DNA from: the human T2T-CHM13v2.0 reference genome, Homo sapiens
Assembly (NCBI RefSeq): GCF_009914755.1
Contig: NC_060925.1
Direction: 5' to 3' (one strand)
DNA length: 64,000 bases
Of the stretch, positions 13,875 to 32,707 are shown one piece after another. The first letter of the stretch is position 1. Each line of letters opens with the position of its first letter. The position numbers were made by a program, and so were the translations under genes. The notes beneath the pieces are model-generated. The model saw nothing but the letters and a program-made list of their open reading frames with translations, did not search any database and was not told where the DNA came from.

Positions 13875-14120
13875 ATGCATTTTTTATTATTGTGGGTACA
13901 TGGTAGGTGTATATATTTATAGGTTACATGAGATTTGTTGATACATGCCTGCAATGCATAATAATCACATCAGGATAAATAGAATATCCATCACCTCAAA
14001 CACTTATCCTTTGTGTTTTAAGCAATAAACTATACTGTGAGTCATTTTTAAATTAACAATAAAATCATTTTTACCATAGTCACCCTGTTGTGCTAGCAAA
14101 TATTAGGTCTTGTTTATTCT
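13875..14120 (-). mobile_element. Short L1MA1/2-like 3' end
   Basis: tgtgggtacatggtaggtgtatatatttat...caatgcataataatcacatcagg...caccctgttgtgctagcaaata. Confidence 0.85.
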
Positions 14121-20160
<6,040 letters not shown>

Positions 20161-20319
20161 ATTACAGTTTTGGAAACACAAATATCACTCTATAGACACA
20201 CATGTTACTATATCATGCTTTAGAAAAAGAAAATGTGCTTCCATGCATTTTAGACTAATTAACTCATTCAACTGTTCCACAAGCCAGGTACTTTAGTTGT
20301 GGTTTTGATAGATAAGATA

Positions 20320-20420
20320 CTTAATGATGCAAAGGATTTGAAGCTATACTGGTAGGAAGCAATAATCCTGAATTTGAAGCTCTGGTCTCATTAAACTCAA
20401 GAACTTGTAATATTCCACTA
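20320..20420 (-). mobile_element. Possible MIR fragment
   Basis: ctggtaggaagcaataatcctgaatttgaagctctggtc resembles the MIR core. Confidence 0.3.
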
Positions 20421-21513
20421 TTCTATAAATGGTTTGCCAAATAGTCAATTTTTAATTATCCATATATAAATTATCAACAGCAGTCACCAGCTCATAAATC
20501 AAAACTTTGATATATTTTTCTTTAATTTTAAGTTTATTTATACATATTTTTATGGTGGAAAAATTGGCAAAAAGTTATCATTTTATGTGAGAATTGTTTG
20601 TAATTTTTAAAAAAATTATTTTATAAAGCTTTATTGACCACCCTTGTTGTGTCTTATAACCTGGGGAATCATTTTTATTTTCAGTTCTAGACTATGAAGA
20701 ATTGATTCCAAATCTGCATAGCATATCTGGATAGAAATGAATGAAATTCTGGCCAATTTTTGAGTCTATGCCTATAAAGTTAGATGAGACAAAGCTGCCA
20801 AGTATTACAAATCCAGTCTGGTTTTTTTATGCTTGGAAAACTGTTACTCCTCTTTCACACATTTTTCATAGTCTCTACATAAATTAGTAGAATGTAGGTC
20901 CTATTCAGTTACATACAAATGTGTAAATTGACCAAATTTGAGAATTATTTCCAAAGACTAACAAGAAGTTGTTAAAAGAAAAATAACTGTTGACAAATCA
21001 TAAAATTTCGTGCAAATACAATCTGCTTGCAAGAATAGATCTAAAGAGGAAAACACGGAATGTGCAGAAAAGAAAAGGAAAAACAAGAAAGATTGCTTTA
21101 GAAGCTGTCAAAATGTTGTTATACAGATTTTTTTCATAAATCTACCACAATATTCAATTATTATATTGAAATTCTGTGCTATAATATTTCAATCACCGTT
21201 GACAGTGCTCTCTATTCATTTGAATTAATGAATACTGGAATAACTTTTTTCATTGCTCAAATAAATTAAACTTTCAGTCGTTTCTGACTTGTTCACACAG
21301 TGCAATTAACCAGTTCCAGAGTAACTATTAATCAAAAAGTCATTTAATCTTTATTCTATTTACATGACACCTTGTTAACATTATTGGCTACACAGTTCTC
21401 CAATCTTTCCATTTTCATTTCCCAAATTTCCTACTCTTGTAAATGGTTTGCCTTCCTGCCTTAAGACATTTGTGTTTTTACCTTGAGATGTTATGAGAGT
21501 TTTGGTATTTTAG

Positions 21514-21959
<446 letters not shown>

Positions 21960-22044
21960 TAACATTATAAAATAGGCCTCAATAAATCAGGCCACCATAT
22001 TAGAGGATTACAGGAGAAGGTCATACCCCTAGGAAATTGGAGTG

Positions 22045-22045
<1 letters not shown>

Positions 22046-22089
<44 letters not shown>

Positions 22090-22106
22090 TGTGTGAGAGA
22101 GAGAGA
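22046..22106. repeat. Compound (TG)n(AG)n microsatellite
   Basis: Direct read. Confidence 0.95.
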
Positions 22107-25100
22107 AGTAAACAATGAAAGAGAGAGGAAAAAATAGATAGATAGTTAGAGATACAGAAAGACTGACTAACTGGATTTGTTTTTGTGTTTCTTATGTCTA
22201 GTAATATTTAATGAACTCTTTTTTTCTATCAGTTGGCATATCAAATGTGAAAAAGAGAATAATAATGCGCTAATAAAGTATAAAACCCCCAACTCAATCG
22301 GGTGATCCTGTGGGAGTGAGGTTACTGAAAATAGGAAAATTAGTATGAGTTTTGTGTTTGTGTTTCTTACTGGAAGAAAACAGACATTTTTTTCTCCAAA
22401 GATAGGCAAGGCCCCAAAGTCCCTTTTTGTAGTACTTTCAAACTACAAACACAGCTAATGTTATAGAATGTCTCCTTTGCTCATAAAAAACATGATTAAT
22501 CGGAGCAAATTTAAATGTACTGTGTCATCGGCATGGCCTTTTCTTTTCAATTAAAAGAATGCCACAAATTAAATCATACCAATATTTGAATGAATTATGC
22601 ATATTTTCTAATTAGGAAGAGTGGTGTACTTATTTTTATAACATTCGTGAATTTTTAAAGAATAAAAGAAAGTGGACTGAATTCACAACTTAAATGTGCA
22701 GTAGAATTGATAGATAACAGTCCATTAAACATGCTGCCACTGTGCTTTATCTACTTAACAGCATGGAGAACTAGATCAAATTATTTTCCAACTGCATCTT
22801 ATTTGTATATATGATCCAATTTTATGTAACATTAAATTTTCTTAAACAATTTATTGGTGCTTCCTAAAATTATTTCCAGGAATAATATTTACACCTGTGT
22901 TTATATAATAGAAATTGGAAAAATATGAATTTTTAATCAGTTCTATAAAAAATGCAGTGATTGAATCAAAGTAATCAGTAATTGATTATCCATCTCTAGG
23001 TAGGCCAACTTCAAAATTATTAAATCAAGAAATAAGAAAAATGTTGCTGTAAGTTTTCTTATGTGCCTACTTAAAATATTATTTTTTAAATGTATAAACA
23101 TATATAATTATATTTATTTGTTATTGATAGGAAGTGCCAAAAATCAAAATACCTCTTCAAATGGATATTTTGTTTCAAAACTTTTGTCTTCTCTAGTAAA
23201 AGTATCTGAAACTTGATGATGCTGAATACATTTATTATGAATTAATAATTATTTTATTAGCATTTTCAAATGTCAGAGGATGTGACTAATATTCTAATGT
23301 AATAATTTTCCAATAATATTACTTGTCCAAATGTAATAATATAAAAGGAAGGAATTCCATTTTGCCTTCACAATTAATATGGTTTTCTAAAAATTAAAAA
23401 TATAGATAAAATTAATCTGAAAAATTAAATTTTTCTCACTGCAAAGCACATGAACAGACAGATGTTGCTTCAAAATAGTTGTGTATGTGTGAGTGTTTTG
23501 CTAATGAGAGTGCTAAAAAGGGGGCCCTAAGTCTAAAGAATAAAGAGGCTTTTAAATTAAAAATAAATGAGATAATAGCTATAAGTGCTTCTTGTTTTGA
23601 GCCTTTTGAAAAGCCCAGGTCCTTCTAATACTTATAAAAATAGAATATTATCTGTAAACTTTAATGAAATAAAATCAAATGTATAGAATTATAAACAATC
23701 AACGGTACAATAATTGTCCAGAAATGCTCCTCCAGTCAATTTTTCATCTTTTTTAAGAAGTATATGTTGACAAAAGCAGATTACATAAAACAAGGACTTT
23801 CTTAATAGTGAGTCCTCTTATATGCAAGGACTTCTTAAAAGTGTCTTAGATGCAAACTTGTGTCACTCTGAATAACTTTATGTAATTCCAGGTGATATAT
23901 ATAAGGTGTACTAAGTGAAAGAATTTTACAAGTATAAAGCTCACCCTGGAAAAATATTTACAGCATATGAATAAAATACCATAGGGAGTGAAGTGCTTTA
24001 TATGGATTTTCTCTTAATCATTTTTTCCATATACAACTTCCAACAAATATTAAAACGGTGTATTGTAATTTTTAAAATAAAACAATGACTCCCATATTAA
24101 AAAATGCCTTAAGAATTTAAAATTAGGACACAATTATAATTTTAAATATATATGTAGATATGTATGCATATATGTGTATGTTTGAGTCTTTACATACATA
24201 TGTAAATAATTATTTTCAAATCATTCATTAATGCAGACTCAAAAGTGAATATTCAACTTTTAAATTATATATTATTTGTTTGAGATATTCCTTGTATCTC
24301 TTTAGATTTCAGAGCTAATTTGAATCTTTTAGAGACCATCTTTACTACTGTAAAAGCTCTAGAGATTTTGTATTAGGACAATCTGCTGGAGACATCTTTG
24401 TGTCCTGAAAGAGCTGTATATGGTTACCATCTCATCGGAACCACTTTTTATATATTTAAGGAATATATTACCTTTAAAAAATTATTTTCTTTTAAAATTT
24501 TAGGTATATTAGAAGCATGGAAGGAAACAATTTGTAAACATGAATAAATTTATTTTTAAATCTTTTTAGAAACTGTCACTGTCCCAAAATTCTATTTGTT
24601 CCCTCTCCAAAGAATTTTAATAAATACAATCTGCCTCACCATTTATGTTTTTTTTTTCTTTTGTCTCCCCCTTAATCATTTGCTTCCCTCATAGTCACCA
24701 TTGTCGTCTGAAAACTCTTGGCACATACAGAAATCCTTGGCCAGGTGAAACATTCTTAACATTTTATTTCTACTGTTTATATTTTTCCTGTTAAACTTCT
24801 GACATTCTGTATACTAGCCCATCACCCCAATCATATTTTTGAATATGTTCTCTGATATTAATAACAAATATGATAATTTTTAAAATTAAAGAGTGTCTTT
24901 TGGGAGCAAGAGGTTTGACATACAGAAAGATATAGTACAAAATATGAGTGTTCAAAATTTAGAAAACCAACTAGAGAATAGAATACATGTTCAACTTTCT
25001 CTTCAATCTAAATTTTTGAAATGTATCTGTGTACAGACATTTTACATGGTAAAAATTCTCATAGACCTTCATTTATAGAAATGTAAAAAATGTAGTGATG

Positions 25101-25342
25101 TTAGAAAAGGCTAGAAAATCTCTGTGATTATGCTATATATGATGGCAATGTTGAATAAAATAAAACAAAAGAAAACTAGGGTTCAAGAAAATGAACTGTT
25201 CACACTGTTGAATTATCCTTTTGTTACCCTAATACTCAGAATTCGATACATACAACCAAAGATGTCACACTAACAATGAAAACTAGTTTCCTACTAGTTG
25301 AACTGCTATTTGTTCTTATATTTAAAAATAAAAAAAAATCTA

Positions 25343-26404
25343 CATTTAACCCTGAAACAACACAGGGATTACAGTCATCAAATCCCCATACAGTTAAAAA
25401 TCCACATATAACTTTTAACTGCCCCAAAACTTAACTATTACTAATAACCTACTGTTGACTAGAAGCCTTACTGATAATACAAACGTTAAATTAACACATA
25501 TTTCGTATTTTATATGTATTGTATGCTGTATTCTTACCATAAAGCAAACTAGAATGAAGAAAATCTTCTTTAGAAAATTATAAGAAAAAATACATTTACA
25601 GTATTGTAATGTTTTTATTCATTAGTACCATAAGTTTATTTTGCCCATTTTTAAGATGTATTGCCTGTCTAAAATGACAGGAAACTACAGCTGCTGACCC
25701 CACTTTATGGTACATATCAAGCAATTCAACTTTTTCTTGTATTGTCATGACTTTTTTCTGCTTCTTGGGAACACTTCCCGCATCATTAGTGGCACTTAAT
25801 TTTGGTCCCATGGTGTTACTCAAGGTTTACGGTATTGCACTACACATGATTAAAAAATACACACGAGAACTGCAAGAGATCACTTTTTACTGCAAAATGT
25901 AATTTACTGGAAAGAGGAAATGGTAACGTGGCCATGATGAGCGTCACACAGCGTTTTAAGCAGATACTCACAATGGGAGATCATCACAATAGCAACAGGA
26001 GGTGGCTGTGAAATTATTACAGAAGTACTGTATGGAGTAGAGTCAATTTTATGCTGTAATTTAATACTGTATCTTTATGTTTGTTTACATTTCTCCCAAC
26101 GGTGAATGGTGCCATGGACAGTCTGAAAGTGTTTGTGTGTATATGTTTTGATAAATGTCAACTACTTATAATAGATTTGTATGTATTTTATGGTAAGAAA
26201 AAATAAATTGATATCTGCATGTATTTTAGGCATTTGTGACATCTCCAACTGTTTTCTTATTTTTTCAATAGCTCTAGGCTATAGTTTGTGAGATTTTTCA
26301 AATTTTTAAAAATCTCTAAAAAATGTTCTAATATATTTATTGAAGAAAATCCACATATAAGTGGACCTGGGCAGTTCAAATCTGTGTTGTTCAAGGATCA
26401 ACTG
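25343..26404 (-). mobile_element. Tigger2b-type internally deleted TcMar-Tigger element (~1.06 kb)
   Basis: TIRs catttaaccctgaaacaacacagg / tgtgttgttcaaggatcaactg, TA target sites; ORF 25596-25823 encodes the Tigger2 transposase N-terminus (MGPKLSATNDAGSVPKKQKKVMTIQEKVELLDMY). Confidence 0.9.
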
Positions 26405-26405
26405 T

Positions 26406-26455
<50 letters not shown>

Positions 26456-26587
26456 ATATATATACACACACACATGTATGTATATATGTATGTGATCATA
26501 TATATATGATCAACTGTATATATTACACACATACATATATATGTATGTATGTATATGTATGTATGTATATATGTGTGTATATATACA
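26405..26587. repeat. Complex (TA)n/(TAGA)/(CA)/(TATG)n microsatellite
   Basis: Direct read; starts at the Tigger TA target site. Confidence 0.95.
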
Positions 26588-26589
26588 AC

Positions 26590-26847
26590 TTTAAAAAAGA
26601 CAGATAACATTGTATGTTTTATTGTATACAACATGATGGTTTTGAAGTACATATACATTGTGAGATAGTTAAATCTAGCCAATTAACAAGTGTCTTACCT
26701 TCACATAGTTATCATTTTGGTGGTAAGAGCACATAGCATTCACTCTACATTTTTCGAGAATACAACATATAATCATTAACTAGAGTCAAGCTGCTTTACA
26801 ATTGATCTTTTGAATTTTTTTTCTTCTGTTTAACAATAATTATGTAT
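26590..26847 (-). mobile_element. L1MA6/7-like 3' end, part 1 (split by the L1PA insertion)
   Basis: tacaacatgatggttttgaagtacatatacattgtg...cacatagttatcattttggtggtaagagcac. Confidence 0.8.
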
Positions 26848-29800
26848 TTTTTTCTTTTTATATTATTATTATACTTTCAGCTCTGGGATACATGTGCAGA
26901 ACGTGCAGGTTTGTTACATAGGTATACATGTGCTATGGTGGTTTACTGCATCCATAAACCCATCATCAACATTAGGTATTTCTCATAATGTTATCCTTCC
27001 CCTTCCCCCAATCCTCTGCCAGGCCTGAGTGTGTGACGTTCCCCTCCCTGTGTCCATGTATTCTCATTGGTCAACTCCCACTTACGAGTGAGAACATGCA
27101 GCGTTTGGTTTTCTGTTCCTGTGTTAGTTTTCTGAGGATGATGGTTTTCAGCTTCATCCATATCCCTGCAAAGGATATGAACTCATCCTTTCTAATGGCT
27201 GCATAGTATTCCATTGTGTATATATGCCACATTTCTTTTAATCCAGTCTATCATTGATGGGCATTTGGGTTGGTTCCAAGTTTTTGCTATTGTGAATAGT
27301 GCTGCAATAGACATACATGTGCATGTGTCTTTATAGAATGATTTATACTTCTTTGTACATATACTCAGTAACAGGATTGCTGGGTCAAATGGTATTTCTG
27401 GTTCTAGATCCTTGAGGAATCACCACACTGTCTTCCACAATGGTTGAACTAATTTAAACTCCCACCAACAGTGTAAAAGCATTCCTATTTCTCCACATCC
27501 TCTCCATCTTCTGTTGTTTCCTGACTTTTTAATGATCGCCATTCTAACTGGTGTGAGTTGGTATCTCATTGTGCTTTTGATGTTAATTTCTCTAATGACC
27601 AGTGATGATGAGCTTTTTTGCATATGTTTGTTGGCCGAATAAATGTCTTCTTTTGAGAAGTGTCTGTTAACATCCTTTGTCCTCTTTTTGGTGGTTTTTT
27701 TGTTTTTTTTTTTTCTTGTAAATTTGTTTAAGTTCCTTGCATATTCTGGATATGGGCCCTTTGTCAGATGGATAGTTTGCAAAAATTTTCTCCCATTCTG
27801 TAGGTTGCCTGTTTGCTCTGATGATAATTTCTTCTGTTGTGAAGAAGCTCTTTTGTTTAATTAGATCCAATTTGTCAATTTTGGTTTTTGTTGCCATTGC
27901 TATTGGTGTTTTAGTCATGAAGTCTTTGACCATGCCTATGTCCTGAATGGTATTGCCTAGGTTTTCTTTTAGGGTTTTTAAGGTTTTAGGTCTTATATTT
28001 AAGTCTTTAATCTATCTTGAGTTAATTTTTGTAAGGAAGGGGACCAGTTTCACTTTTATGCATATGGCTAGCCAGTTTTCCCAGCACAATTTATTAAATA
28101 GAGAATCCTTTCTCTGTTGCTTTTGTCAGGTTTGTCAAAGATCAGATTGCTGTAAATGTGCGGCATTACTTCTGAGGCCTCTCTTCTGTTCCATTGTCCT
28201 ATATATCTGTTTTGGTAAAAATACCACTGTTGTGGTACAAATGCCACACTGTTTTTGTTACTGTAGCCTTGTAGTATATTTTGAAGTCAGGTAGCATGAT
28301 GCCTCCAGCTTTGTTCTTTTTGCTTAGGATCATCTTGGTTTACGGTCTCTTTCTTGGTTCCATATGAAATTTAAAGTAGTTCTTTTTTCTAATTCTGAAG
28401 AAAGTCAATGGTAGCTTGATGGGAATAGTATTGATTCTGTATATTACTTTGGGCAGTATGGCCATTTTCATAATATTGATTCTTCCTATCCATGAGCATG
28501 GTATGTTTTTCCATATGTTTGTGTCCTCTCTTATTAACTTGAGCAGTGGCTTGTACTTCACTATGAGGAGGTCCTTCACATTCCTTTTAAGTTATATTCC
28601 CAGAATTCCCAGATAATTTATTCTGTTTGTAGCAATTGTGGATGACAGTTTATTCAAGATTCGGCTCTCTGTCTATTATTGGTGTATAGGAATGCATGTG
28701 ATTTTTGCACATTGATTTTGTATCCTGAGACGTGGCTGAAGTTGCTTATCAGCTTAAGGAGTTTATGGGCTAAGACAAAGGGGTTTTCTAAATATACAAT
28801 CGGGTCATCTGCAAACAGAGACAATTTGACTTCCTCTCTTCCTGTTTGAATATGCTTTATTTCTTTCTCTTGCTTGATTGCCCCAGCGAGAACTTCCAAT
28901 ACTATGTTCAATAGTAGTGGTGAGAGAGGACATTGTTGTCTTGTGCCAGTTTTCAAAGGGAATGCTTCCAGCTTTTGCCCATTCAGTATGATGTTGGCTG
29001 TGAGTTTGTCACAAATAGCTCTTATTATTTTGAGATGCATTCCATCAATACCTAGTTTATTGAGTGTTTTATCATGAAAGGGTGTTGAATTTTATCAAAG
29101 GCCTTTTCTACATCTATTGACATAATCATGTGTTTTTTGTCATTGGTTCTGTTTATGTGATGGATTACATTTATTGATTTGTGTATGTTGAACCAGCCTT
29201 GCATCCCAGGGATGAAGCCAACTTAATTGTGGCAGATAAGCTTTTTGATGTGCTGCTGGATTTGGTTTGCCAGTATTTTATTGAGGATTTTTGCATCGAT
29301 GTTCTTCAAGGATATTGGCCTGAAATTTTCTTTTTTTGTTGTGTCTCTGCCAGGTTTTGGTATTAGGATGATTCTGGCATCATAAAATGAGTTAGCGAGG
29401 AGTCCCTCTTTTTATATTGTTTGGAACAGTTTCAGAAGATATGGTTCCAGCTCCTCTTTGTACCTCTGGTAGAATTCAGCTGTAAATCTGTCTGGTCCTG
29501 GGCTTTGTTTTGGTTGGTAGGCTATTAATTACTGCTTCTATTTCAGAACTTCTTGTCTTCTGCTAGCTTTTGAATTTGTTTGCACTTGCATTTCTAGATT
29601 CTGTAACTGTGATGTTAGGGTGTTGATATTAGATCTTTCCTGCTTTCTCCTGTGGGAATTTAGTGTATAAATTTCCCTTTAAACACTGCTTTAGCTGTGT
29701 TCCAGAGATTTTGGTACATTGTGTCTTTGTTCTCATTGGTTTCAAATAACTTATTTATTTCTGCCTTAATTTTGTTATTTACTCAGTAGTCATTCAGGAG

Positions 29801-31592
29801 CAGGTTGTACAGTTTCCGTGTAGTTGTGTGATTTTGAGTGAGTTTCTTAATCTTGAGTTCTAATTTGATTGCACTGTGGTCTGAGAAACTGTTTGTTATG
29901 ATTTCTGTTCCTTTACATTTGCTGAGGAGTGTTTTATTTCCAATTATGTGGTCAATTTTAAAATAAGTGCTATGTGGTGCTGAGAAGAATGTATAGTCTG
30001 TTGATTTGGGGTGTAGAGTTCTGTAGAAGTCTACTAGGTCCACTTGGTCCAGAGCTGAGTTCAAGTCCTTAATATCCTTGTTAATTTTCTGTCTCATTGA
30101 TCTGTGTAATATTGACAGTGGGGTGCTAAAGTCTCCAACTATTTTTGTGTGGAAGTCTAAGTCTATTTGTAGGTCTCTAAGAACTTGCTTTATGAATCTA
30201 GGTGCTCCTGTGTTGGGTGCATATATATGTAGGATAGTTAGCTCTTCTTGTTTCAATGATCCCTTCACCATTATGTATCACCTTCTTTGTCTTTTTTTTT
30301 TTTTATCTTTTTTGGTTTAAATTCTGTTTTATCAGAGACTAGGATTGCAACCCCTGCTTTTTTTTTTCTTTCCATTTGATTGGTAAATGTTTCTCCATCC
30401 CTTTATTTTGAGCCTATGTGCGTCTTTGCATGTGAGATGGGTCTCCTGAATACAGCACATTTATGGGTCTTGACTCTATCCAATTTGCCAGTCTGTGTCT
30501 TTTAATTGGAGCATTTAGCCCATTTATATTTAAAGTTAATATTGTTATGTGTGAATTTGATCCTGTCTTCATGATGCTAGCTGGTTATTTTGGACATTAG
30601 TTGATGCAGTTTCTTCATAGTGTTGTTGGTCTTTATATTTTGGTATGTTTTTGCAGTAGCTGGTACCAGTTTTTCCTTCAGGAGCTCTTGTAAGTCAGGC
30701 CTGATGGTTACAAAATCCCTCAGCATTTGCTTGTCTGTAAAAGATTTTATTTCTCCTTCACTTATAAAGCTTAGTTTGGCTGGATATGAAATTCTGGGTT
30801 GAAAATGCTTTTCTTTAAGAATGTTGAATATTGGCCTCCACTCTTCTGGCTGTAGGGTTTCTTCAGAGAGATCTGCTGTTAGTCTGGTGGGCTTCCTTTT
30901 GTGGGTAACTTGGCCTTTCTCTCTGGCTCACTTAACATTTTTTCCTTTGTTTCAACCTTGGTGAATCTGACGATTATGTGTCTTGGGGTTGCTCTTCTTG
31001 AGGAGTATTTTAGTGGTGTTTTCTGTATTTCCTGAATTTGAATGTTGGCCTGGCTCCCTGGCTTCAGCCCCCTTTCCAGGGAAATGAACAGTTCTGTCTT
31101 GCTAGGGTTCCAGGTGCCACTGGGGTATCAAACAAACAAACAAACAAACAAAAACAAAAACAAACAAACAAAAAATCCTCCTGCAGCTAGCTCAGTGTCT
31201 GCTCAAATGGCCACCCAGTTTTGTGCCTGAAACCCAGGGTCCTGGTGGAGTAGGCATCCGAGGGAATCTCCTGGTCTTTGGGTTGTAAAAACTGTGAGAA
31301 AAGCATAGGAAAAAGCATAGTATCTGGGCCGGATAGCACTGTCCCTCACAGCACAGTGCCTCACGGCTTCCCTTGGCTAGGGGAGGGAATTCCCCAACCC
31401 CTTGCACTTCCTGGGTGAGGCGATGTCCCACCTTCCTTCAGCTCACCCTCTGTGGGCTGTCCCCATTGTCTAACCAGTCCCAGTGTAGTGAGCCGGGTAC
31501 CTCAGTTGGAAATGCAGAAATCACTTCTCTATTGGTCTCACTGAGAGCTGCAGACGAGAGCTATTCGTATTCGGCCACCTTGCCCGGAACCC
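26848..31592 (-). mobile_element. L1PA7/8-like element with both ends but internal deletions (~4.75 kb)
   Basis: 3' tail, ORF2 fragments (RT LFADD in 28654-29040, EN in 29783-30271), 5' terminus gagctattcgtattcggccaccttgcc; TSD taatta(t/c)gtat at 26837-26847 and 31600-31610. Confidence 0.95.
31130..31175. repeat. (AAAC)n microsatellite inside the L1 5' UTR
   Basis: Direct read. Confidence 0.9.
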
Positions 31593-31599
31593 TGCAATT

Positions 31600-32010
31600 T
31601 AATTACGTATCTTTTAATCAATGTCTTCCCACCTCCTTCTCCTTTCTAACCATAGCATCTTTCAGTAAACACCAGTCTAATGTCTACTTTCATGTCATTA
31701 ACTTTTAAGATTCTACATATGAATGATATCATGCAGTACTTATCTTTCTGCATCTGGCTTATTTCATTTAAAATGTCCTCCAAGTTCATTTGTGTTGTAA
31801 GAAATGACAGTATTTCATCCCTTTTTACAGCTGAGAAATATTTCTTTTTGTGTGGGTATGTGTATTTATGTGCACATACATGCACACATGCATATATATA
31901 TATATCACATTTTCGTTATCCATTCATCCATTGAAGGACACATAGATTGATTCTATGTGTTACTTATTGTGCTGTAATAAACAATGGAGCGTAGATATCT
32001 CATACATATG
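31600..32010 (-). mobile_element. L1MA6/7-like 3' region, part 2
   Basis: Continues after the TSD: aacttttaagattctacatatgaatgatatcatgcagt...ttatccattcatccattga. Confidence 0.8.
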
Positions 32011-32707
32011 TGCCTGTCTTTCTGTGTGCGTGTGCATGTGTGTGTGTGTCTTCTTAAAAAACATATCTAATAATCAAAACTTTTACACTTCATCATATTG
32101 CTGATAGCTTTTGATAATTGGATACATTTTTGACATAGGTTTCCACTTTGTAGTCTATTATGATTATTTCAACTTGATTATATTTTATAACTAGCTCAAT
32201 TCTTCTGGTAGGAAATAAGATAAATAGCCACATATTTGTCTTTTAACCTTCTCTCAAGTCTGTATGAAGCATGTAGACATGGTACACAGATCAAAGCAGA
32301 TAGGCTCAGGTAACTCCTATATAAATAGTGTGTAATATTTCTACCACCTTGTTGAAATTATTTGATATATTGATTTTAGGGTTATTTATGACTGCCAAAT
32401 TTAACTCCTAGAAAACATGAAATTGGTACTTAACTTAGGGTCTTTCTGCCTTGATGTCAACCCTGGTTATACTACAAACTAATGTGTGAAATTGACTTTG
32501 AATCAGCTTTAAGATCTTGAGTACATAAACTAACTTTTTCATGATCCTCTTTTCATATATTAAGTGAAAGTGTTGAATGAGATAATATTTAATTTTGCAT
32601 GATATTAAAGCCACCAATTTTTTAGTGAAATGGGAGTTCACCAAGCACCAGTTCTCCCATCTGTGTCTGTTGCCTTTCTTCTTAATGTTCAGAAATGGTT
32701 TGGTTTA

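Noticed and set aside
24290-24430. Possible coding exon after a pyrimidine tract and AG
   Set aside because: The frame closes after ~23 codons, with no convincing donor and no recognisable peptide.
25596-25823. CENP-B/pogo HTH-like ORF as a possible domesticated TIGD gene
   Set aside because: Standard truncated transposase N-terminus of a non-autonomous Tigger2b.
28654-30271. Reverse transcriptase (LFADD) and endonuclease ORFs suggesting an active or novel RT system
   Set aside because: Ordinary L1 ORF2 broken by stops, frameshifts and deletions.
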